A DNA stretch of 63,934 nt, counting the filler, from Collodictyon triciliatum (Eukaryota): the NCBI GenBank assembly GCA_043381765.1. It is 5 parts of 5 records of this genome, joined end to end, with 100 filler letters (N's around TTAATTAATTAA, not from the genome) between each part and the next. Parts side by side here need not be neighbours in the genome. Positions count along the whole stretch, not along the records: positions 44,053 to 58,609 come from JBHJMP010001801.1; positions 58,710 to 63,934 come from JBHJMP010001897.1; 3 more parts are not named here. One strand, 5' to 3'. Made by a program: the position numbers and the translations under genes. Position 1 is the first letter of the stretch; each line of letters begins with the position of its first letter. Positions 48,601-60,402 of the stretch are shown here, piece by piece. The notes beneath the pieces are model-generated. The model had not been told where the DNA came from. It made no database searches and was given only the letters and a program-made list of their open reading frames with translations.

Positions 48601-49205
48601 ATTCATGCGCGAAAAATGATAGACTTTTTTTAAAAAAAAAAATTCAATTGCAGAAAGCTGCAAATACTGCCACAAAGGTAACCTTTCCCAAGGATGAAAT
48701 AATCGTCCAAATTACGTGCGGAGCCCAACACAGTGCTGCACTCACCAAAGATGGAATAATGTATGCGTGGGGTCGTGGAGATAGATGGCAATTAGAAAAA
48801 GAATCAAGTTAGTTTGCAAGATATCGAAAAGACGTGTGATGACTAATGCCATCTCTAGGCTCTCACTAACATATTTTAATGTGATAGATTGCGATTATAA
48901 CACGCCCACAAACACATTCACGCCAAAAGAGAAAATAACACATATATCCTGTGGAGGTGATATAACTGCTGTTGTCACAGGTCTTTAATTTTTTTAAGTA
49001 TATATGAACACAAAGAAATTCAAACTTATAACTAGACTCAAGTTTTTCTGATATAATTATTATTATTGACTAATGTGTGTCCAGAGAATGGAAAGCTTCA
49101 CATCTTTGGACACGCTTACAATGAACTCATCGGAAAAGTTTCTACATCTACATATTTCCAGAAAGGCTCCATGGCAAAGGTTTGTCATGAGTATGCAGTA
49201 CATCC

Positions 49206-49279
<74 letters not shown>

Positions 49280-52200
49280 TGACTCACTGAAATATTTGCA
49301 TATTTCCAGATCAACTCTGTTGCTGTCGGCCCCAGTCATTTGATTGTGGCGGTCTCTATTCCGGAAGAACAAAGCGTACAGCTTGCTCGGGGTGGAGATA
49401 TTGCAGAGATTGAGGATTTGGTGCGATGTGGTTCGTTATTATTTTTTTTTTGAAAAAAATAATACATGTATTGCTTTTAATGCCTTCGTTTGTCTTTTTT
49501 TTCTTTTTTATTTATTTATAGTAATATGGCCTTCAATAATTTATTTTCAAAAGAAAAAAGTACAAAAATATACTTCTCTTGGCAAACCATATGGTTAATC
49601 ACCGACACTAAACCCAAAATTTCAGGTGTTAATCCGAATCATCGCTCCGAAGACGGTTTGGGGCTCATTCATCATGCTGTCATGTATAAGCACAACAATA
49701 CAATCGGAGGTCTCCTTCGAGCTGGGACAGATGTTCACCTACAAATCGTGCGTTCGCAAGAGGTAAATGAGGACATCTTGAGATTACTTGGGAAAAAATC
49801 ACACAAACCCGGTTCTTCAAAAAAATCGTCCAAGCAGAGTCGAAAGAAACCGAAAGATGACGAGCGTGATGGTCTTGCCACAGGTTTTTACCTTGACAAA
49901 ACACTTTGAAGAAATCAACTTGAGTGGTATTTAAAGACTAAAAGTTTTTACTCTCGAATGCAGACGCCGGATTACCCACGTCAATCTGTGGTGCCACGGC
50001 TCTGCATCTCGCAGTGGCTGTCGCACATATGGAATCTATAGAATGTCTTGTGTGCTCATCAGACATTGATAGGCAAGACGAATTAGGGCTAACCCCACTT
50101 CATTGGGCAGTGATATACAATCATCCTGACGTAGCGGAATTCTTGATCGAGAAGGGTAACCAATTGTAGAAAAACGAGTTTGAGACTCATCAGGGATTTA
50201 GATTATCATAGCTTTTTCCTCTTTTTTATTTCATGAGCTAATGTATCTCTTTTTTTGAATGTAGGTGTTCGAAAAAATATTCAAACAACAGAGGGACGAA
50301 CAGCTTTACATTATGCTGTTCAGGATGAAAATTGGAAGGTTTTTTTTTAAAAAAAAAAAAATTAACTTTTCCTTTTAAAATATTTAGGATATGAGATTTT
50401 CGGGAGAAAAGTTTGAAACTGTCTCGATACTGTATATGATATATTGTCTTAAGTTTGCATAGTCTCTCGATTCCGAGCTTTCAAATCCTAAGTTGTTATA
50501 TGTAAATAGATTGCGAGGCTACTCGTTCATAAAGCTGCTGATATTACCGTCGCTGACAAACAAGGAAAAACTGCATTGGATTATTGTGCTTTCAATGTAT
50601 CAGCCGAATTGAAGAGTAAGAAATACTCTTTTTAGGACACATTCATATGAGAAATTTTTACTTTAAGTTACGAATGTATCAACATCACCATGATGGCTTG
50701 TATTAATTAGGGCTCGCCAATCGACATGAAGTGTTTATATCGTATGCCCATGCTGATGCTGCAATCGCTAAAAGAATTAAGGAGATAGTAGAGACAAAAA
50801 GTGTTCCCTGGTGACTCATTTTTATCCAAATTATTTCTTATTTTCCATACAAGTGATTTTTTAAAAAAGAAGAAAATAACGTGTCTCGTTTCATAGTTGG
50901 ATGGATGCCTTCAAACTTGGAGCAGGAACAGATTGGAGAAGTGATATTGGAATGGCAATATCGTCTGCCAGGGTATGCAACAACCTCGTATATGATGAAA
51001 AATCAGAGAGAGAAAAGTCCATTAGTATAAAGGCCTCTTCACCAACCCTGTTTTATGAGTGTAGATTCTCCTGTATGTACAATCCGAATCATCGAATGCA
51101 TCTGAATCTTGCCAAAAGGAACTTGCTATCGCGTTTCGGAATGGAATCCCTGTATATCATGTTCTTTGTTACTACCTCCAATCGGCACTTTTGAAAATCG
51201 TTGTTTTGTCTTGCTTTATTGTTGAAATCTGCAAAAGCTTCAATTTTTCATACCGAAAATTTATATACAGATATGTTGTGCGCTAATTGGTGACATTACA
51301 AAAACGAAGCCACATCCAGTTGTATTGAAGAGAAAAACATTTCACTTTGAAAAAAGGGATTTCGACACATGCGCTCGAGACTTGGCTGCATATGTGCACA
51401 ATCGAGTGGTTCAAATGAGACAATGTACTAAAAATTAATTAACATGCGGTTTTCTTTAACAAAAAAATGAAAAAATCAACAATTTAAGTCAAAGTTTCTA
51501 AATTACTACGATTCATAAACGATTTATAGATCCATATGTTTGTCCTCTGAACTACAAGATTTCTGGTGATGTATGGCTTCGACATTTTTGTTTGATTCTA
51601 TTTGTGTTTTTTTTATATTTATATTAAGGTTTGTTTATAATTCCTTTTTATGTTTGGTTAGCGTGCGGCTCAATAAAGATAAGTAAAAAAAAAATAAATC
51701 ATAATCATAAGAACATTTGATGAATTCAATTTGATGTGAACTGAAAATGTCCACTTTATCGCATTCTCAGAACACTGATGTTAGGGAAGGGCAACACTAC
51801 TTCGCTGTCGTAAATCCTGTCGAAAACAAAGCATCGACGAAAGTAATTCAGTCGGCTCTCACACTCTGCAGTGCCCAATACGTGCAACTCTCATATTCGG
51901 ATGTATTTGATCCAGCTCCACCCAAACCAGAGGAATATGAAGAGGAAAATCCTGGAGAGAAAGGCGTAAATATTTCTGTTTGATAAGATGATTCGTTTTA
52001 TTTACCTGCGCCTTATACTGTGTAGTGACTTTTTCTTTTTTTTTTGCAATATTATATTCTTTTCAAAACAAAACACACGTTGCTAAGTTAATCGTGTGGC
52101 TGTCTCTTTTTTTCTTTTTACCAATATATAGACATCCTTGTTCACGGTGTTGACCCGAGCTCAGCTGGCTATATTAATACTCAACAATAATATCTTGAAG

Positions 52201-52773
52201 ACGTATGGGCCTCAGATTATCGGATTTTTGGAGCAACTCCCAAGAGAAAGGTTCAGTGTTTGTAATTAATTTTGCTTCTCAAAGAAATATTGATTCAGCT
52301 CCTACACTACAGGACATTTTATCCTTAATTTATGCGTAAACATCCAATCTTAATAGACCTGTAATTATTGCGATGGCGGAGAAAGTGCAGCTGTCATTGA
52401 TAAGCCCCATCCTGAGCGCGCTTAGTAGCCCGTCCATTGTAAGTTCTCGCTCTTCTATACCCCCTAGCTTGTGTAGAACTAAATTTGCTGTAATTTTAAT
52501 GTTTTTTTTTTATCGCTGCGGACTATTCGCGTGTAATTTTTTAAATCGAAACAGAACTATAGGCTATTGGAGCTCTGCTCAGAAAACGAGAAGCTCTTGC
52601 TCAATCACGTTGATTCGCTTCTTCAGACATGTGCCCAGGAGAATCTCATAGCACAACTGGAGACCCAGCTCCAACAGCAACTGCAACACCAGCAGAAGAT
52701 ACATGTGGAGCTGTACAAGATGCGCCATTACTTTTTCACAGAAGACAGAGAGATATTTGAGTTTACAAATTAA
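45221..52773 (+). CDS. BRCT - GLEBS-like - RCC1 repeats - ankyrin repeats - TIR - degenerate TIR protein (Dictyostelium TirA-like)
   Basis: BRCT: MGIFDGVVFCLVG..VCKNGGKI. RCC1: VACGSNFTLAL..GWGNNEHGQ and ITCGAQHSAAL. Ankyrin: GLTPLHWAV and GRTALHYAV. TIR: EVFISYAHAD..CWMD..GTDWRSDIGMAI..SESCQKELAIA. Ends in a coiled coil; stop at 52773. Confidence 0.88.
47815..48003. repeat. (TTTTC)n followed by (CATCCTTTTT)n, intronic
   Basis: Seen directly in an intron of the TIR protein gene. Confidence 0.95.
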
Positions 52774-54492
52774 ATTGGCCGAACGATGGCTTTGGAACAT
52801 TGGCATTGTGATATGTAAAAGCAGGGTAAGGCGCATCGATTTTCTTGCTGCTTTGCGGTCTCGGGTGCCAAGATATGAATATGAAAGGGATAGAATATCA
52901 CAGAAGGCTACCCATTATGTCCCTGTTCTACCGGCTCTATTCCACATATGTGACAATCTATTCTAGAAGTTTCCCCGTTTGATTCGTGGCATTCGAATAA
53001 ACACACGAAAAGCAACAAATTCAGGACAGCCCGAAACATGGCTTGAGTTGTAACTTTTCAACGAATATTCTAAAATTTTGGTCAATATAGGGTCATTTCT
53101 TGTTCCGCATTTGCTCGTTCTAGATACACAACAATCTCTCTATTAAGAATTGTCTCTGCATGTTCCATTAAAATTATCTAAAGCGTACAAACTTTGTCAA
53201 ATACGTCATTGTGCGATTTCAAACATTCGAATTCCTGGTTTGCAATATTTTTTTTCTTTCTCCAGCATCCAAAAAAAGCGACAAAAACCCAAATGGAAAA
53301 ATTAAAATTCCAATCCAGTCATACTTCGCCGAATATCAGAAAAAACGCCCACAGAACGCGAATTGCCTGCTGCGGCCAAGACGAAGCGCAGAAAAGCCGC
53401 AAAGCCAATTTGCAAATGAGACAGCATACAATCATCATAAACGAGCCAACCGTGTAATCAACCTTCATAGCAAGACTACAAGTCACATGAATCAGCCCAG
53501 GAAAACAGCCACTGGCCAGCCTCTTGCAATCGTGTCACTCCGTTTTATCTCCTTTTTTTTTTTTAACCAATGTCTTCTTCGCCCAATGTCTCTGCGCTTC
53601 TGCTCGTCGGCTTCCCCCCAACTACAAAGAAAAAATACGTGACTTTCCTAACTGCCGATCGCTCACAGGAAAATACGACCAGCAAAGCACAGAGCCGCAG
53701 GAAGACACGCCGGATTCTACAGAGGAATCAGCAGCCTCTGACTCTGCCGATCAGACCCAATCTTCAGGGTTCGTCGCATCGCGTCGCATTTGCTAAAGTC
53801 TGAACTCCGTGGTATTTGTGCCTTTTTTTTTTTTTGCCAGGGTTGTCTACTCTCTTTGTCAGAAGGAACCACTCTGTGCTACTGCTAGACCACAAAACGG
53901 AAACAAAACAAAGCAATCCAGGAGGGCAACAAAAGAAAAGAAAAGGAAAGGAAAGACCCTATTGTTTCTGACTGGCAACTCCTCTGGGCTCTTGGCTTAC
54001 TGGCTCGAATTCGATCTTTGTTTTGGTAGAAAGGCTCAAAAGAACCCATCGGGTCAAGAGTCTCCTCGCGACAAGAAGACTCTGATACACTCAGCTTTTT
54101 TTTCTTCTCCCGGCAACCGCACCTTCTGAGTCTCTAGCTTCAAGGAACGGAGGGTAGAGCAGAACGTACGAACTGCTTGGTTGCTCAGAAGCTCAGCTGC
54201 TACTTGTCTGTCTCAGCTCTCTGCTTGTATTTGGCTCTTTCCTTCCAATAATGGCCCAATAAGCCGCAACCAAACAGAACGCTCTATTTTTAAGGATTTC
54301 CGGTCCACCAAGTGATCAGATTCCCTTCCTTTTTGTCGCTTTCTTTTCCCCTTTCCTTTCCATTCCATTCTATTCCATACACACACCCGCCTCCCTTATT
54401 CACTTCTTTCCAAGCCCTTCTCGATTCCTTCACCCTCTCCCGACCAACCAGAAAAGCTGAATCAAACGCCTCGCACTACACCGCGAAGGAAA

Positions 54493-55815
54493 ATGACAGA
54501 CTCCACACAACTGCATTTGCAGTCATGCTTTGAGGAAGACGTCAAAGACATGTTCGACACAGCAGACTTTGTTATTATCCTGACTCAACTACTCGTCCAG
54601 ATGGCAAAACGAGGCGACCAGGTTTATAACTTGCCCACTTTCGACACACAGACCCCCTCATTCACTAACATTCTCTGATAGAAATCAACCCGCCCCCGCA
54701 CAATGTCCCGCTTCCACTCGAACCGCCCACCAACTATTTCCGTGAAGCGTTACTTGCAGCGGTTTGTTGCAATCACTCGCACATCTTTATGCTGAACGCC
54801 TCTTTGCACATGGCACAATTCTTGCACTCGCGCTCACTAACCCATCTCCATCTTGCATCATCGCCCACTCAACCACAGCATCTTCAAGTACGCCCCGTGC
54901 TCGCAGTCGTGTTTCATTCTTTGTCTCATCTATCTGGAGAGAGCCAGCAAGATCGACCCCGCATTCTATGTGTGCTCCAAGAGCCTGCACCGCCTCCTCA
55001 TCACCAGGTGTGATACTAACCCCACAATACCGCCTTCCCTCGTCCAGCCGCATATTCCCTCACTGACACCCGCATCCATATCCACGCGCAGCATCATGGT
55101 GTCCACAAAGTTCTACGACGACGGATACTACAAAAACCAGCACTACGCACAAGTGGGCGGCCTGACGCTAGCCGAGATGAACGATCTGGAGCGGGACTTT
55201 CTCTTCCGCCTGCAGTTCAGCCTGAGCGTGGAGCCAGCGCTCTTCCGCGAGTACAAGAGGGAACTCGGCCGCCTGATTGTAGCCTTCCACGACGCAACAC
55301 TCGCGTCCCTGCAACCGACCTCTCCGGCCGCCTCCCCGCAGACGCACCGACGCCTTCTATGTGACCCGATATCTGTGTCGTCTGTGGGCGCCTCTGCCTC
55401 TGCCTCTGCCTCGTCAGGTGTGGACGAGACCGACTACCCATCCTCGTCCTCGTGTTCGTCTTCTTACTCGTCCACGTCGTCGCTCGACGCACTGCTGCCT
55501 GTCCCGGAGGCCCAGCCGCTCGGCCTGAGTCTGACCTGGGGCCACTTGTACACCCCGCCCAGAAACTCAGCCGCCTGCGTCGACAACCTGTGGGCCTTCG
55601 ACGGCACCGCCGCCGCCGCCTCTGCGGGATGGCCTGCCCCGTCCTCCACCGCATATCATAATCATCTGCCCCTTCACACCCTTACGAAGGATGACTGGCC
55701 CCACTACTCTCATCCGTATCAGCAACAGCATCAGCAACTGTATCCTTACTTCACGGCTGCTCCGCAACAGAAAAACATCTGGGCCTACTCATCCGATTCC
55801 CTCTCTGGCTTCTGA
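54493..55815 (+). CDS. PHO80/PCL-like (cyclin U/P) cyclin, 4 exons, low-complexity tail
   Basis: FHSNRPPTISVKRYLQRIFKYAPCSQSCFILCLIYLER..LHRLLITSIMVSTKFYDDGYYKNQHYAQVGG..EMNDLERDFL. Introns carry CACTAAC/TACTAAC-type branch points. Confidence 0.93.
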
Positions 55816-56372
55816 GCACAGCGCATCCCATTCCATCTCATCCCACCACCACAAGGAACGAAAGAAAAGAAACGGCGTTGAATCCTTCTGAATCACCGTC
55901 GGAAAAAAAAATAGGAAAGGAAACAAAACGAAAACCCCTCAAGGAAAAAAAATGTAAGAAAAGAGACTGTCATCAAAGCAAAAGAAAAAAAACTGTGATG
56001 ACCTTACCGACAAACAAAACAAAACAAAGTCGAAAGCCAACAAAACGCAAGAAAAAAAATCAACTTCTTCTCACCTCACCCTTATCCATGCATCTCCATG
56101 TATTCCAGCACTCCTGCCCCTCTCTCTTCATCCTTCATCCCAAGCAAAACGAAAAGAAAAAACAGAGTAAAATAAAGTCATGCTAGGTAACACAAAGCAT
56201 ATGCGCCTGATGACACGTTCATAAAGTAGTAGACTTTGCCGGCCAACTCCACCCTTCTGCATGTCCTTTTGTGGATTTTATAATTCCCCATTCCTGCAGC
56301 GCGCAATGTGCCGGTGGGCGCACGAGAGGCATGGCGAAAACAGGACAGCAGGGCAACGAGGGCCGTAGGGTT

Positions 56373-57143
56373 CTAAGCAGGCGGGGCGTTCTTGCACTGG
56401 ATCAGGACCTGGCGGAAGCGAGAGACGTCCTTGCGGTTGGGCTTCTGCTCGAGATCGACAAGGCGCACAACGCGTTCCCAGACGTTTCCGAGCTGCTCAA
56501 GCTCTTCCTGCGACTGCAGAAAGTCGGCCTCCTGCTCGCGGTTCAGCTTGGACTGCTGAGTCTTGCGGGCATTGCGCTCCTCGTTGAACGTCTTGATGGC
56601 CTCCTGTGCCTTCTCCAGACGCACCCGGCGCTCCTGCTCAGCGCGGCGGTCCTTCTCGGCGATTTGCTCCTGGCGCTCGAGCTGGAAGCGGCTGAGGTGT
56701 GTTTTGGTCAGTTGCTGCTGTGCACTTGAGTTTTATTTTATTTTTTTTTGTGCTTCTTTTTTGCTTGCTTTTTTTTTTTTGGGTGTAGATGCTTCCAGTT
56801 TTTTGCTTCTTTTTTTGGGTCTGTTTCTAGACTGGTTGGCTGACTATTCTTTTCTTTTCTGGCTGAGTATAAAATAAAATACCGGAGCGGGGGGAGGTCG
56901 GCATATTGAGACTTTGCTGGGGTGCTCACAACAGGTGCGGCTTTACAAGTTGCGTCCAGTTCGTTGTCGGTTGTGAAGAGAAAGACAGAGGGTTAAGAGT
57001 GAAATAGATCATGCTTGCTGGCGAAGGAGATAATCGGAAGGATGGTAGTGGTTTTTGCGAGGCGGTATAAGGCTATGTAATGGGAAATGGAGGAGATAAA
57101 AAAAGTCTCGCAAACCAAATGTTTCCTCTTCCTCAAAGAACAT
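56373..57143 (-). CDS. CLC: Clathrin light chain (short form, 3 exons)
   Basis: MFFEEEETF-AAPVVSTPAKSQYADLPPLR-RFQLERQEQIAEKDRR..NVWERVVRLVDL..KDVSRFRQVLIQCK. The C-terminal WERV..KDVSR.R.VL motif is the clathrin light chain signature. Confidence 0.85.
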
Positions 57144-57253
57144 CCTTGTGCAGTGTAGTCCGAGCGTTGGCTGTGAGTTTTGGGAGTGATTCGGGCAGTG
57201 AGAGAAGTGTTTGAGGCTGTCTAATTTGCTGTGTTGACTGGGTGGTTTTGCAG

Positions 57254-58251
57254 TGTGTTGATCGTTCAAATTGTCATGGTAGAGAACCGCGTCCTCTTCG
57301 TGGCCGGCTTTCGTTCAACGTGCCTGCGTGTGTTTCTCTTGTTTGCCTTCTTGATCCGATCGATGGTGGCACAGTTTGCAAGCTGATTCATCCTGGACAT
57401 CTGCTGTACGCTTGGATTGAAACGGTCATTTGTTGAAATCTGGACATCCTTTCAAAATGCCATTCCATTCTTAATGCTATGAGTGATATATATCTTTTTA
57501 TATGTTATTTCTCATGCTGAAATCTTAAAGGTTGCTTACATATGTAAGAATCTATATTATAGTGTAATATCCAGATTATGAAAAATTTCGGAGATTCTCA
57601 GAAAATTCATATTTATTCAAATGAAAAAACCCAAAAAACCCAAAAAAACCAAAAAACCAAAAAACCCAAAAAACCCAAAAAACCCAAAAAACCCAAAAAA
57701 CCCAAAAACCCAAAAAAACCCCAAAAAAAACCCAAAAAAACCCAAAAAAACCCAAAAAAACCCAAAAAAACCCAAAAAAACCCAAAAAAACCCAAAAACC
57801 CCCGCAATAAAACCCCGCAATAAAACCCCGCAATAAAACCCCGCAATAAAACCCCGCAATAAAAACCCGCAATAAAAACCCAAAATACCAGAATAATGAT
57901 ATGTTTGATTCCGTCTAGATCAGATGGAGTTGAGCGCGTTTCAAACAGCGATCCAGCAGCGTATTTCAGATTTCGAGTCCGACTTTGACCAGGTATCCAA
58001 TAAACTCTCCAATACAAAAAAAAAAAAGACTTTGTATTCCCATGGGCGACGATTCAACTCTATTACAATTTAAATCGAAACTCTTCATAAAATCAACAGA
58101 CCATCCAGGTTCTTGCACAAATAATTCGTTAAGAAACTTTACTAACGAACAGATCGAGGCTTCAAGTGAGCTTGCTGATAATGAAATCTCATCCAAATTT
58201 TCTGAGTTCCATTCGCTCATATGTGAGTTAGAGCGGCGCGCAATCGATCAG
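57254..58251 (+). CDS. B-box-like / coiled-coil protein (partial model)
   Basis: Exons 57254-57424, 57531-57543 (13-nt microexon), 57919-57992 and 58153-58251 join in frame. They give CVDRSNCH..ACVSLVCLL..CKLIHPGHLL..MELSAFQTAIQQRI..EISSKFSEFHSLICELERRAI. The start and end are unresolved. Confidence 0.5.
57624..57882. repeat. (A5-7CCC)n followed by (AAAACCCCGCAAT)n
   Basis: Seen directly; G-tract rich on the minus strand. Confidence 0.9.
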
Positions 58252-58510
58252 GTTAGTGCCGAGCTTCTTTTATGTGCCAACGAAATGGCTTCCACTTGTG
58301 ATATTTTCCCTTGATCTCCCTCGCAATAAACAAGATAAAATTCCTCGTGGTATGGCTGAAAATCCACACAAAACAATGCATGTTGCTTCGCTTAAGCATC
58401 ATTTTCCCCTCACTTCTCATTACTTTATTTAAAGAAATGTGACGCTAAGATTTCAGACGCCTGATTTAGAATTTATCCTAGAATTTGGAAATATGCACCT
58501 CAATAGGATT

Positions 58511-58609
58511 AAAAATAGAATAAAATAGAATAAAATAGAATAAAATAGAATAAAATAGAATAAAATAGAATAAAATAGAATAAAATAGAATAAAATAGAA
58601 TAAAATAGA
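58511..58609. repeat. (AAAATAGAAT)n running into a gap
   Basis: Seen directly. Confidence 0.9.
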
Positions 58610-58783
58610 NNNNNNNNNNNNNNNNNNNNNNNNNNNNNNNNNNNNNNNNNNNNTTAATTAATTAANNNNNNNNNNNNNNNNNNNNNNNNNNNNNNNNNNN
58701 NNNNNNNNNGAGAATAAATTCCTCACCTCTATTTTTTTCTTATCTCCTTTTTTCCTTTTTTTTTTTTTTCTTTCTTTTTTTCA

Positions 58784-59782
58784 TTAGCGCAGACGAAGAG
58801 CAGCACGGACCCGCAAGACAGCTAGAGTCGCGATGGCCAGCCACGCACCGATGAATGCAAGAGCGTGGCCGACCAGCAACGCCCATCGTCTGGCCAGCGG
58901 GGAGGCGCGGACGTGAGCGGCACCCACCGCGAGGACGAGAGCCAAAGCGACGTTGAGCGCACGAGTGGACGGCCCAGTCGGCAAGCCCGAAACAAGCCTC
59001 GCGACTCGACGACGCGCCAGATGGAGGGACAGAGACGGGCCGTCCGGGTCGACAAAGGCGGGAGCCACACGCGGGACGTGAGCGACTTGCATAGTTTGAG
59101 TGTTTGTGTCTGAGATTGTGTTTGCGTTTGCGTTTGCGTTTGGGATTACGTTTGCATTTGTGTTTGTGTTTGCTTTGTGCGAGGGCGGCCGGAAGAGGGC
59201 TTTGGGCAGATAATCGCGTGTACGGCGCGTGAGTCTGTCGCGGATGGCCGGGGCCAAGCGGGCCAGAGCAGCGTCAACCTCGTCGGGAGGCAGCGGCAGG
59301 ATCAGAAAGAGGGCCGTGAGCGTCTTGCTCAGCGTCATGTTTGCAAAGACCTGCCGCGTGGCGTCAAGCAGAGGCAGCTCCAGCAGCTGCTGCGTCTCCG
59401 GCGACAGGCGTGCATAGATCCCATCCTGGGCCAGCGGCAGGAGGCGCACTGCAAGTCCCGATATGATCAGGCCACACCCGATCAGAAACAGCGTCGGAAA
59501 GAGCGAGTGCAGCACCAGCGAGACTCCGCACACAAGCAGCATTTGCCCCGTGAGTCGTGCGTCCAGCGGGACGGCCTTTGTGTTGCTCTGCTCTATCGCC
59601 CGGCTCTGCGGTCTTTTGGCGGGCGGCGCGAGTGAGGCTCCGGGTATCGGGCACAGGCCGCTCCTGCCTTGGGGCGGGTTGTCTGCATCGTGCGCGCTGC
59701 TTGGTGGACGAGTCAGGGCCGGGCTGGTGGGGCTGCCGTTGTAGTCGAACTGAGTCCACGGGTCTGCTGCTGCGCTGGACAT
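58784..59782 (-). CDS. Hypothetical intronless multi-pass membrane protein (332 aa)
   Basis: Long GC-rich ATG-initiated ORF with paired hydrophobic helices near the N- and C-termini; no family recognised. Confidence 0.7.
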   Translation of the reverse strand: MSSAAADPWTQFDYNGSPTSPALTRPPSSAHDADNPPQGRSGLCPIPGASLAPPAKRPQSRAIEQSNTKAVPLDARLTGQMLLVCGVSLVLHSLFPTLFLIGCGLIISGLAVRLLPLAQDGIYARLSPETQQLLELPLLDATRQVFANMTLSKTLTALFLILPLPPDEVDAALARLAPAIRDRLTRRTRDYLPKALFRPPSHKANTNTNANVIPNANANANTISDTNTQTMQVAHVPRVAPAFVDPDGPSLSLHLARRRVARLVSGLPTGPSTRALNVALALVLAVGAAHVRASPLARRWALLVGHALAFIGAWLAIATLAVLRVRAALRLR

Positions 59783-60402
59783 GCGTTGCTGGGATGCGGT
59801 TGAGCGAGTTAGTTTGTGTCTGCTGATTGATCGCTGATGCGCCTGTTCAGAAGGCTTCTGCAGATTGATCTGTCAATACTGTACTCCAAATTTACAATCA
59901 TGAGATACTTTTGCTTAATTACACAATTTAGTAATTGTTATTTTATTTTTAATATCTAAAAATGAGAATTATTGAGTAATTAGTATTATGTATGATAAAT
60001 TCCGTAATTAGTTATACATATGTGGAATGGATTCCATCCAATCCAGAACAGGTTAAAGTCGCTTCGCTTGCCTCGGGTTGTGTCGAAACAATAATCAGCA
60101 AAAGCTTGGAATCATGGCAGACACATCGGCGCCGAAACGAGCAAACGACACACAGGAAGGTTTGTGGGAAACGTCTCCTGCTGTTATTTTCCTCAAAAGA
60201 GAAGCTGTGGAACGACTGTCTAGCTGAGGATCTTATGCTCATGGAAGGGATCATGGCAGGATCGCAGAAATAATAGCGCTTTTGCTTTTCTCGCGTGGTA
60301 CCCCCGCTTTTCTTTTCTTTCTTCCTCTTCTCCTCTAACCTCATTCTCTTTTATTGTTGGTTGCATTTTTCTACAGAGAGCGAAGCAAAGAAAAGAGTTT
60401 CG

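Noticed and set aside
56271-59826. Long antisense ORFs over the clathrin light chain and the 332-aa gene
   Set aside because: Expected shadow ORFs in GC-rich coding sequence; no motifs.
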